DNA from: Dimorphilus gyrociliatus
Lineage: Eukaryota > Animalia > Annelida
Direction of reading: 5' to 3'
NCBI GenBank assembly: GCA_904063045.1
Contig: CAJFCJ010000019.1
Coordinates: 920,570 to 984,569, forward strand
Length of the DNA stretch: 64,000 nucleotides
In this document: piece by piece, positions 52,120 to 63,200 of the stretch
How the letters are laid out: each line of letters opens with the position of its first letter
Position numbering within the stretch: position 1 is the first letter of the stretch
The notes under the pieces: model-generated
Database searches by the model: none
Told to the model about the DNA's origin: nothing
Seen by the model: the letters and a program-made list of their open reading frames with translations, nothing else
Position numbers and translations under genes: made by a program

Positions 52120-53163
52120 ATGAGAAGATGTAAGATATCTCGGCTTAGAATGGGAAAAAAGAATTTTATACGTTGTTTCTTCGCAATCTGTTTTACAATA
52201 CCTTTAATATACATTGCCTATAGTCATAATCTTGTGGCGTATATAAAAGCAAAACCTCTTCGGGATTTTCGATATCCTCTTGATATAGATATGCGCGAAT
52301 TATTGAATACCATTTCTAAGGGAAAAAAGCCTATCTATCCACCTGTAAATAAATTTATTGCTCCACCTGTTCTTGAGGACGATACAAAATGTAAGGCAAT
52401 GGATGGAGATGATGAGCCACTTTGGATTTTAATGATTATTAAGTCAAAGATTGATAACTTTGACATACGTAAAGCAATTCGAAGTACTTGGGGTGATGAA
52501 TATCAATTTGCCGTTTTGCCCATGAGAAGAATTTTTGTTCTGGGTATACGAACACGAGATCTCCAATTGCAAAGGGAAATAGGAATAGAATCAAGTCAAT
52601 ACGGGGATATTGTTCAGTATTATTTCGAAGATCACTACTTTAATAATACATATAAAGTAATGGCAGGACTAAAGTGGGCTAGGACGAATTGCAGAGGTCC
52701 ACAGTATATTATGATGGTTGATGATGACTTTTATGTAAATACACATAAACTTAGAGACTTTTTAGATAAACCTCTAGGAGGTGTTATTGCAGCATATGTA
52801 AACAACAACTCCATACCCATAAGGCAATGGTCTTCAAAATGGTATATCTCTCTAGAAGAATATCCATATAGATTTTGGCCAGCCCACCCTAATGGGGGAT
52901 TCATTCTTATGGAATACAAAACTAGCTATGACTTGCTTACTGTTTTGGAGTACTTGAAATACTTGAGATTTGATGATGTGCTAATAGGCATTGCAGCTCT
53001 TAAAATGAATGTTCAGCTAAAACACAATGATAAAATCATTCCTGATCCAATAAAATATGAGGATGAAAAATTTTTTCAAGCTTTAGCTGTTCATGGTGTT
53101 AAATCAGCTAAAGTTCTTACAGAAATCTGGAAGAGGCAAATCTCCTATAGAAGACTAAAGTAA
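52120..53163 (+). CDS. brn: Brainiac/bre-5-like beta-1,3-glycosyltransferase (GT31), ~347 aa, intronless CDS
   Basis: Type II N-terminal TM; RKAIRSTWG, FEDHYFNNTYK, MVDDDFYV (DxD), KWYISLEEYP, RFDDVLIG motifs as in Drosophila brainiac. Confidence 0.88.
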   Translation: MRRCKISRLRMGKKNFIRCFFAICFTIPLIYIAYSHNLVAYIKAKPLRDFRYPLDIDMRELLNTISKGKKPIYPPVNKFIAPPVLEDDTKCKAMDGDDEPLWILMIIKSKIDNFDIRKAIRSTWGDEYQFAVLPMRRIFVLGIRTRDLQLQREIGIESSQYGDIVQYYFEDHYFNNTYKVMAGLKWARTNCRGPQYIMMVDDDFYVNTHKLRDFLDKPLGGVIAAYVNNNSIPIRQWSSKWYISLEEYPYRFWPAHPNGGFILMEYKTSYDLLTVLEYLKYLRFDDVLIGIAALKMNVQLKHNDKIIPDPIKYEDEKFFQALAVHGVKSAKVLTEIWKRQISYRRLK

Positions 53164-53319
53164 GATAACGTTTTAAAATATCAAAAAATCCTTTTATTCA
53201 CAGTTTTCCTTTTCACATTTACAGGGCAAAATCAAAGATAAAGTGGTAATTTTAGTAGCTTTAGAATTTTAATTGACTTTTTATAGACATACAACTAAAA
53301 AATAATTGTTCGTTTTTAA

Positions 53320-53697
53320 TCAATCGTTAATTATTAATTCGTCGATTCCCCAATCTTCATAGCTGCCGTCTGGTAAATATCGTCGAATTATTATTGGAAT
53401 TTTCTTTGCCTTAAGTTCTTTCATAGCTATCGCCAGGGGATCTGTTTCCCTCTCCAATTCGACCATAATCGGAGCGCACATAGCTATCTGAAGGGCTCGT
53501 GTCCCTAACACCCGGGCTTTTTCATATTTCGTCATAAAAGGTGTAGTCATTCGTTTTGAGGGATCAACTTGCTTTCCCTCGCTTGCCGGTAAAACTTCCA
53601 TTCTCTCCCCTTCAGCATGATCTTCCACATCCTCAACTGGGTCGTCATCTTCATCTAATTCGTCGTGCTCATAAGCTGCGTCTTCTTCGTCCGCCAT
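53320..53697 (-). CDS. POLR2F: RNA polymerases I/II/III subunit RPABC2 (RPB6)
   Basis: Acidic N-terminus; [41 protein letters not shown]. Confidence 0.98.
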   Translation of the reverse strand: MADEEDAAYEHDELDEDDDPVEDVEDHAEGERMEVLPASEGKQVDPSKRMTTPFMTKYEKARVLGTRALQIAMCAPIMVELERETDPLAIAMKELKAKKIPIIIRRYLPDGSYEDWGIDELIIND

Positions 53698-54877
53698 GTT
53701 AAAAATCGTCTGCTTTACGCTATCGTATTGTAGTAAAATATTCTAGTCGTTGATCTTATGCTTGCAATGAATACTACTAGCGACACCTATTCCATCAGGC
53801 AATTATTAAAAGTTTGATAATAAATAATTTTATATGAATCCCACTTAATTAAAGAATTAAAAAAATTATACTATTAAAAAAAAAGTATATTGAGCAATAA
53901 TTAAGTATTTACTTTTTGCGAAGTTTATTTGAGAGGAAATCTTTCGTGTGGGAGGATTTCGATGAAACACTAAAAAGATGGCGTCCTTGTTTTGATTTAC
54001 ACACTGTGCTTTTCGTTACAAATTTTCGCATAAGCCAATGAATCTCGAACTATGCACGCAAGCTTGAATTGCACCTTGTCTATGTTAATCAAGTGAGTAT
54101 GTTATGGCATAATAATTCGATATGTACCTAGAGTAATATTCATCATATATTATTTTGGCTTGTGAACTTAAGATGACCGCCGTTCTATTTTTTCCCTCTG
54201 ATGCTTATCAGTTTGTAAGGGACACGTAGATCGTCTGATTCATCACTTATAATAATGAATGGGGTGATGATTTCGATTTCGCAATTGCGCTTTCTGATCA
54301 CCTGTCTGACTAATATGGATGGGTATCCTCTTTGGAAAAACATGTGTTTAACATTTCGAAACAAATTTAATTTAATGACTTAATTCGAACGTGAGCTATC
54401 GCTAATATCTTCTATTTTCGTGTGTATAAGTTCCGATTGAATGACTTGATAGATGAAATTGAAAAAGGATTACAAGTGGAGGATTTATGAAAATGAATAA
54501 TTAATCTCTTAGTCGTCTGGCCTTTGTAGGCTTTCCATTTAGCGACATTTTCTTCAAAGCTTGTGGTTGATTGATACCTAACAGTTTATTAGTCATTTTC
54601 AATAGCATTAAAGGTTATACTCTGGTCAAGACAAATAAATGCTATTGGTTGAACAGACCATAATTAGCGAATAGGTTTGTTTGTTTGTGGAGTGAATTGT
54701 TACAAAAGCACAAAAGTTACGAGAATATTGTAATTTACTTATCGGCAACCAGTGCATTCTCTATCCACACAGGCCAAGCGAACATTTGGCAGCCGTCCAG
54801 GTCGTTTTGGCATTGTAAGTTTGTCAATTATGTCAAACGCAGACTACAACATATCCTTTCAGCGTTTTGTGAGAAAA

Positions 54878-57367
54878 ATGGCCGCGAGTATTTTGAAGGA
54901 TTCGTCTCAGGAGAATAACACTGGTCATATAAACATGGCTGCACTAGATTCAGCTGATATCCTCCGTGACACATCTTTCGCTAGCTGCGACTTCCCTGCC
55001 AATTCGACGCATAATAAACGTTCATACGACGCCAACGTTTTCGACATCTTAAAAGTACCCCCGGAAGATTTCGCTGTAAGTCTACCCCTTAATTGCTTAA
55101 TTTATAGTATTTTATGTTTATAAATTGATGTTATCAACCTTTTTATTGCAGAGTCAAATAACTCTCATGTACTTGTCAGTATTCAAAAAAATTGAACCCG
55201 AGGTAAGTAATAGGATAATATGAGTTTAATTGCCAATATATGTTAATGCAATGTAGTTCGGAATACCAATAACGTTTTATTATAAACAGGAACTAATAAG
55301 TTGTGCATGGAATAATAAAGATAAATTGGAAAAAGCACCGAATATTGTTGCCTTTACGCAGTGTTTTAATCATGTTTGTTTTTTATTTTTTTTATTTTTC
55401 TCTCTCCCTTTTCTCATTCTTTCTCTTCATCTTTTCAAAATTCATATTCATATTGTATATATTATTTTCTTGAGTATAAAATATCATTTTAATCAAATCA
55501 AGGTTAACTTTTGGGTTCAAGGAGAGATCCTCAAAGCCGAGAGTGTTCGTTTACGAGCTGATATTCTTGCCCATTTCATCAAAATATCTAAAGTACGTTA
55601 TTTACAGCAATAGCTGTTTATTTATCTTATCATGTTCTAATCTGTGTAAATATCTAGAACAAATTTTTTGCATACACATACAAATTCATATATATATATA
55701 TATATATACAGTGTATATAACAATATGTACAAAAGGAAATTTATAGGATTATATCAAATGATTTAATTTCCTATTGTATTACTATTAAATATCTATTAAA
55801 TTTTTCTATTTGCAGAAATTATTTGAAAAACAAAATCTACACGGAGTAATGGCTGTAATCTCGGCATTACAAAGTGCTCCGATTTATAGGCTTTTCAGTA
55901 CGTGGACCGTAAGTACAAATAAACAAAAAGAAGAACAATTATTTGTTCTTAGATATTTAATAGTAAAAAATGATGTTGTAATAAGCTTAATTATTAATAA
56001 ATATAATAGCTTATGGCCCAAAAAGAAAAAAGAACTTTCGAGAAATTAGCCGAATTATTTTCGGAAGAGAGCAATAGAACTAATTTAAGACAATTTTTGG
56101 CTAATGCTAAAAACGATTGTATTCCTTACTTGGGTATGATTTGCATTTGAACTTTGTAATATTTATATACATATATGATTACAATTCTTTTTTTTTTTTT
56201 TTTTTAAAAAAACAAATAAAAATAAAAAATAGGGTTATATCTTTCCGACTTGGTTTATATTGATGTCGCTCACCCGCATTCCGGTGGATTGGACAAAGAA
56301 CCACGACGATCAGCCATTAATAATATTTTACGAACACTTGCGGATTTTCAACAATCTTCTTATTCGAATTTACAACCACTCGAACATATACAAAGCTATT
56401 TCAAAGATGTTCGATATATTGAAGAATTACAAAAGTTTGTGGAGGATGAAAATTTTAAGAAATCTCTCGCGCTGGAACCTGGTCAAGAAGCTGTTGAGAG
56501 TCAATCAGGCTATCATAGTTCAACTTTGAATTCTCGACATTCAGCTGACGACCTAGTCACGAGTAATACACCGTGTTCAAAAGAGAGAGATACCGCTCAT
56601 ACAATGCCTGCGAAACTCACTGCTGCCTATGCACAAGGTCAACGCCATCTTTTGGATGACAGCGAACTCGCACCGTCGTGTTCAACTTCAAAATCTGATG
56701 GTATGTAATTATAATTCAATAAAATATTCGTATATGCTGTATGACTTATACGATAGAGGAATATTACTAAAATATTCAATTTTCTTTCGTACTATTTAAA
56801 GATATCGAAAACGAAAAAAGTGATTCTGAATTTGAGTCTTTGAGATCAACGTCCTGCTTTCCTCGATCTAGAAAAAACTCGTGAGTTAATTAAAATGAAT
56901 CTTTAATTAATTAATTGTGTCTTTTTTTCTTAAGAAAAATATTTTCCCCGTTTAGAAGTCGGAGAGAATGGAAATGCGACACTGATGACGTCTGTAAAGA
57001 GATATCAATGGAAGGTGTTGCGAAAAGAAAAGTACTGCTGAAGGACGGAAAGCGCCCAATGATGGTTTCTTGGGAAACTTATTGGTTGGCTTTAGTTGGT
57101 TCTAGTTTATTCTATTTCCCTCATAAAAGTTTACGGTTGTCAAAGAATCGAAAACATTTTAAAAAGAACGCATGTAATATGTCGCGAATAGCCGGTTGGA
57201 ATGTGATGCCTCTTGAACAAAACGTCTTCCAAATTTACAACGGAAAAGAAGGACATTTGATTAAATTTAAATTTGATAATGTTGAAGAAAAGAACAGATG
57301 GATGGAGGCTACAAAAGCAGCTTGTGCTCAAGACAATCAAGACGAGGATTTAATAGATTTGTGCTAG
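54878..57367 (+). CDS. RALGPS: Ral GEF with CDC25 and PH domains, 9 coding exons (start could be 54829 or further upstream)
   Basis: Exons 54878-55075, 55152-55202, 55290-55373, 55503-55592, 55816-55908, 56010-56133, 56233-56700, 56802-56880, 56956-57367. [55 protein letters not shown]-terminal PH domain. Confidence 0.92.
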
Positions 57368-57885
57368 ACTTTTCCTTCGTGTAACTTCGTAATATTTGCA
57401 TCTCAAACGCCGGAGCCGTCTACCCTTTTTTTTTTATCTAAGGAGGCAAACATATTATTTACGGTGCAAATTTTTTTTATAACTGGTTTATACGTAGCAG
57501 GCCTTGTACATGTCGCTTTAATAGGATTTTGTTCTTTGCTATTGCGGCAAATATTTTTGTATACGGTGTAAGTGTAAGAAAAGTTTATTTTTGACAAGTC
57601 GAAAAAAACATGTTGAAGTTGTTAAAATCGTTTATCTCACTAATTACGGGCACTTGTAAACCCGCCGGGCTCAATCCAGTTAAACATTCAAAACGCGTGA
57701 CTCGAACTATTTAATTGACTCGCCTCGAGCCTTTTAAACGGACGCGTTTAAGGTCAAAAACATTCTTCTCTCTCTACTCGAATAATACGATACTAGCTGC
57801 CTAATGTAGGTGGAATGCTAATATGCACGCGTCGAAGAAATGATAATAATTAGCGAAAGGTAGTTGGTCGTAACGGAAGAATTCT

Positions 57886-57930
57886 ATTGGCTGATGTTGC
57901 CCGCCAATCCGAACGTCCCGCCCCGCCCCC
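57886..57930. promoter_or_regulatory. Olig proximal promoter: CCAAT boxes and tandem GC boxes
   Basis: ATTGG at 57886, CCAAT at 57904, CCCGCCCCGCCCCC at 57917-57930, 60-100 bp before the ATG. Confidence 0.55.
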
Positions 57931-57990
57931 TATGCGCTTCAACGCTGTTCCTGCCATTGACAATCGACTCGGAGATTTGAATGACGAAAC

Positions 57991-58608
57991 ATGACGGACT
58001 ACGAGATAGACGTTACATCTATAGCATCCCCCTCTTCTGTATTCAGCTGCAGCTCGGACGAAATGCAGTCAGAGGGAACTCCTTCAATAATGGGAGGAGA
58101 AGGAGAAATGATAAACAGGAAATCAGGAAACGGCAGTTCACGTAACCGGAAAATCAGTAAAGAGATAAATGACGACGACCTTCAGCGTCTTCGCTTAAAA
58201 ATAAATAGTCGGGAAAGGAAAAGGATGCACGATTTAAATAGCGCTTTGGACGGCCTCCGCGAAGTGATGCCTTACTCCCATGGACCAAGCGTTCGAAAAT
58301 TATCAAAAATAGCTACTCTACTATTGGCCAAGAACTACATTCTAATGTTACAAAATTCAGTGGCCGAAATGAAAAAATTAGTAAGCGACGTTAGCAACCA
58401 TAGAGTTACATCTTTTCCAACAATATCACCACCAACTTCATTTGCCAATCGAACCTCAACTACGAAAGGAAATTGCCCGTGTGCCGACTGCTCTTCGACA
58501 AGTTCACCGATGCTTTTACCACCACGTTTCGCACATCCGGCCATTTTTCCACCAATTTCTTTAAAATTACCAACATCCAGTTCCCAACACAGTCCTAATT
58601 TGCCTTAA
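57991..58608 (+). CDS. olig: Olig-family bHLH transcription factor, 205 aa, intronless
   Basis: b[57 protein letters not shown] carries the Olig2/3 diagnostics ([22 protein letters not shown]) rather than those of BHLHE22/23 (NINARERRR, DELRAVIPY, HSPS). Confidence 0.92.
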   Translation: MTDYEIDVTSIASPSSVFSCSSDEMQSEGTPSIMGGEGEMINRKSGNGSSRNRKISKEINDDDLQRLRLKINSRERKRMHDLNSALDGLREVMPYSHGPSVRKLSKIATLLLAKNYILMLQNSVAEMKKLVSDVSNHRVTSFPTISPPTSFANRTSTTKGNCPCADCSSTSSPMLLPPRFAHPAIFPPISLKLPTSSSQHSPNLP

Positions 58609-58978
58609 AAGAGAAAACAAGAAAAAAAACCTTCTGCATATTTTTTTTTAAAAAAAAATGAAAAAGAAAAACTTTATTTTTTCTACTAAAATTTGTTTTT
58701 TCTCTATATTTTTTTATACAATTTTATGCTTGTTTATGACATATATATTATATATCCTTTATATCATTCCATTACTATCTTATCATCCTTCTTTTCTCAT
58801 CATTTAACGTACATGTTACTAATTTTCATTCGTGCATTTAAGTCCCCTTGTATTTTTTTATTTTCTATATACTTGTGTATTGTTTGTCAACCGATTTATA
58901 AAGGTAAAATACAAACATATTAACAACTTATAAAGAAAAGAATTGATCATTAAGTATGTCTGAACAAGATTGTAAACA

Positions 58979-60240
58979 GGCAGATGTGGTTGGAAGTTGT
59001 GGTAAGAAGATGCGGGTGTCTCAGCATGCTGAGATCGGTAGCCTGCAGAAACGTTCAGCACCCATCTGCCGATACTGAAATAGTCGTTCGGATTACTTTA
59101 TTGCCACACTCGGTCATTGTTCAATAGCGTTTTTTTTCCGATTGTTCGCCATTTAACGTCAATTGGGCTTTAGGACAAGTGAGAAAGGGGTGGAGAGTTC
59201 ATTTTTTTTTCTTCGCCTGTCAATGTGTAGTCCAAAAATCACATTAAGGGATTAAATGGGAGGTTTTTGAAAAAGAAGATGGGAAAAAGTAACAAGAGGA
59301 ATGACACAATGAAACGATAAAGGAAGGAAGGAGCCGTATGGGCAGATGAAGAAAAGGAAGAAGAGTTACAAAAACGGACTTTCGCCCCAATTCGCGTCGA
59401 TCAACCTATACAAAAAAAAAATTTGCATAACACGTTTTCTACACCGTCGACGTGATCGAGGAAGCGAGAGAAATTGATTTCAAAGCAAACTGCTGCGCTT
59501 CCTGCGCTTTCACTTAGCACATGTTCACGCTTCTGCTCGCTGTCTCCTCACCGCCCGCCATTTTTACGAGCCGGCCTATTTTGCATAATCACAAAGAGGA
59601 TCGTCGTTTGACACGCCCATTATACACTACACTCGTGCCGCTAATGACAAGAAGTTGGGTAGCCAGACGTCGATTGGATAACTAATGTCTTTTATCCTCC
59701 TTTCATGGCCTTCTTTTCCTTTCAAGCTATTTATTCATTTATGCTCAAGTTTATATGTTCAAGTGATGTTTCTTTCTATTCTTTGCGCCTCCTGTTCAAT
59801 AAAAGTCTTTGGAAAATGATAGTTTATTCAATGACGGTTATACCACCCGCCGCCTAAAATTGCCATGACAAGTTTTTGAAGTAGAAGCCACCCACTCGCA
59901 AATTAGCCTTTCATAGCTTAGCAATACCATTATTAATGAGTTTGTGATGCGAAGAGGACTTGAATGCGTTCAAGCTTAATGAACACGACTGGCTGCGGCA
60001 TTTTTGATCCTTCTATAAGCTAAGCGAAGCGTGCGGGCGTTCTGTTTTTCAAGTGACCGCAACGCGTACGGACATTGTGGTTCGTATGCTTAAAATATGC
60101 CGAGTGGTGAACGCCATTCGACGCGTCCAGATGCCAACCTCGTGATGAAGGTCGGAGAAGATGATGAGACTATTTAGCTATTTCACTCTCCGTGACGTCT
60201 GCCCTACCGAAACGTGAACTGACGCTACCGAATCATATAA
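58979..60240. promoter_or_regulatory. GC-elevated non-coding block 3' of olig; putative enhancer cluster
   Basis: No credible ORF or splice chain. Several CAGATG/CATCTG E-boxes, octamer ATTTGCAT at 59421, SOX-like CATTGTT near 59115, TCF-like TTCAAAG near 59480. Confidence 0.45.
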
Positions 60241-63200
60241 CTGTAGCTTTTTTTTTTCCAATTCATCAATAGACGCCCACCTCTTGTACTAATTCCTACT
60301 TCCCATTTACTCATCTCTAGCCCCTCCCTCCCTCCCCCTTAACTATATCATTAAGTCTTTCTCTTCCTTCCTTTATTTTTTAATTTTCCAATTTGTACTA
60401 CTTTATCCTTAATGCCCGTCAGGAAAGTTATTGAATTGTACTTTGATCAAAGTTAAAGAGCGAGATACAACCGTTATAGAAGACGAATGCTTAAAACGAT
60501 TGAATTTCTTTCACAATAAACTAATTATATACCTGCATGAAAGTATTTCGACAACAAAGAATCAATTCGGTTGGTACATTAATTCGGACGATGTTCCCTT
60601 ATCCTCTTTTTCTTCGCCGCATGATACTTTTCTTCCTAACTCGTTTGTTTTTAATTCTATCTTCTCCTTTTTATTATGGATTGCGTAAGTTTATAGAGAT
60701 TACAGTAGCTCTAAACGATATTTGCGTCGTCGTGTCGAACACCAGCTTTGACGCCTTTTTCTATAGAGTCCTTTTACTGTGTCCGCTAATTACGTAAGTG
60801 AAGGTGCTAAGAGATTCTATTCGTATGTTGTATAAACGTAAGCTTATATACCTGACTAGCATTGACGTACGGAGCGTCCCTTTAACAATCTAATAGTCTT
60901 TTCAAATTCACCCTGTCGGGGGTAGGAACGACAAAGTATCATATTTCGTTTAGCATTTCTTAAACTATGCCTACCAAATATTTTTTAAACGGATTAGCAA
61001 TTTTTTATTCTCTTATCATATAATCCTTATAATCCTTGGTTGACTATTTCGCATTGTTGAAACGTTACTCTTATCCTCTTTATTTTGATTGTGACGCCAT
61101 CTTCATTTCATTTTAAATATAGTATCTACGATAGAATACACTATATGTATATATACACTATATATATATCAGATGGATAGCTAAATGCTTTATAATATCA
61201 AACAAACTAAGCTAAATTAGAAAGATGTGTAAAAAGTTCCTCCCATTAGACAAGAGACAAAGAGAGAAAGTGAATGAGGCTGAAAGCTAGATAGGGAAAG
61301 AGAGAGAGAGAGAGAGAGAGGGAGGAAGAAAGAAAGATACAAAAAGAGGAATTTAGTAATTTTTCAACCTTCTTAGAAGCGTATGATATAGTCGTTTTTT
61401 TTCTCATTTTCTTGTAAATAACGAAAAATATTGACAAAAGAATTCAAGTTTCATACTATTCAATTACAAACATATCTAATATTACGTAATATTGTAGTTT
61501 GTAAATGGATCTCCTACTTGCATAATCCTATATGGTTCTGTCTGATAATATTACAAGTAACGTCACCAAAAAGATAGATAGATAGAGATATAAGACAATA
61601 TGAAATATTCAAAAGTTTCGTAAATGGAGCAAATAAATAGAGTATAACGTAAAGAAGAACAGGTCAGTATTAGAGTGTGTTGATTACGTATTTTTGCCTT
61701 ATAATAATACTTTTAGGTATATAATATATTCAGATATGATAGGGAAGTGATGAGAAGGATAGTTAGAAGATGTTTTCTAGCTCGTTTAGTTCGTTTCTGA
61801 AGAAGAGCTTATAGAATTCGCCCAAAGCGAAATTTACAGTGACTTAGCTTAAGCGGTGGCTGGTAAAAAATGATTTTATGTAATTGAAATAGGTAATTAA
61901 GTCAAGTATCTGCCTATATAGATAAGGAAAGTCGAGATATCATTATGGAGAAAGCAAAGATATGAATAGATGAGAGAAAATATTACTTTTAAGTTTATTT
62001 TGAGTTTACATACGTTACACCTACCTGACCAATTATTAAGAAATTAGCTTAGAAAAGCGCCATCTGTCTTTTCTACAACTTCACAACCTTTAACAAGCTA
62101 AAAAGTATCTATAAATACATCAGAATAGCTAATGAGAATTTAAATAAAAGGGTAAACGAAACACTTTTTTCTCCCTCTCTCTCTTTCTCTCTCTCGCAAC
62201 CATACTCCTCATTCACCCCTCCTTCTTCTCCTCCCCTAAAAGGGAGATTAAAGGCTACTTAAAGAATGATATGGCAATAGCAATTTATGACTTAGCAATT
62301 AAAGGAAACTGATTTTTCTCTTTCCTCTTTTGAGCCCTTCTCCTACAAGGGCTTTAATTTCCATTCATTCTATTAAGATGTGTTAAAGTTTAACGATATC
62401 TTTATTTGTTGTATACGTAAACAAGTTCTATTTAAATGATAAATCAATATAATAATATATTGGTTGGACCTAAATTAAGCCAAATACTAATACAAGTAAT
62501 AAAAAATACTATTTATATTTATCAATAATACGAATGATAGGTTCATTTTTTCAAAGAAATGTTATTTCCTTCAACCTTCAACCACTACCCTCCTTCCCTC
62601 TCTTCCTCGCTTTTCTCTCTCTCTCTCTTTCTCCCTCTCTCTATCAACTCCCTTTCCCCTTTTAAAGATTCATTACTAGGGAAAAAAAGGAAAAAAATTA
62701 GTGTTTCTTTATAGAATAATGAATGTAATTATATTAGTTATGAATGACCTATATAAAATAAAATCGAAGAATAACTTATTTCTAATTAAAAATTGACTAT
62801 TATCCACCGAATGGTGGCGCAACGACAACTCTTATATATATACAAGCCAAAAGTTTACATTGCAACATTTTTAGCGTCTTCTTCTATCAACACCTTTTAC
62901 AAACTGATCCCTTTCCCATCCATCCCCTACCTTCAAGGTTGGTAAGTAGATAATATACATCAAGTATTGTTAATTATTGATATTGAAATTGTTACTTAGC
63001 TGCTTAAATTAACTTGAATAATTAATAATTAGAGAAATTTTTTTCGTTTGTCTTTGAAGAAATTAAAGTGTTTGTATTAGAAAAGCATAAGATAATCTAT
63101 TAGTGTCTTCTTATAACTTTACTAATCTCCTAAGGACAAAAATACATTAAGACATCCTCTATTTTTGCTTTCTTCTTTTGCTATCTGTATTCTGTATTCA

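Noticed and set aside
54261-54302. GTGATGA..CTGA with terminal stem (box C/D snoRNA-like)
   Set aside because: Only ~23 nt between the boxes, too short for a snoRNA.
54520-54662. Minus-strand frame with in-frame TGA (selenoprotein idea)
   Set aside because: It needs a 43-nt intron, has no CxxU-like motif, and no SECIS was seen.
54851-54860. ATATCCTTT U12 (AT-AC) donor consensus
   Set aside because: It lies in the polypyrimidine tract of a normal AG acceptor, with no matching branch site or AC acceptor.
526-58544. Antisense or alternate-frame ORFs overlapping real exons (e.g. 526-777, 7412-7693, 18184-18465, 40978-41247, 58335-58544)
   Set aside because: These are shadow ORFs of coding exons with no motifs or independent splice support.
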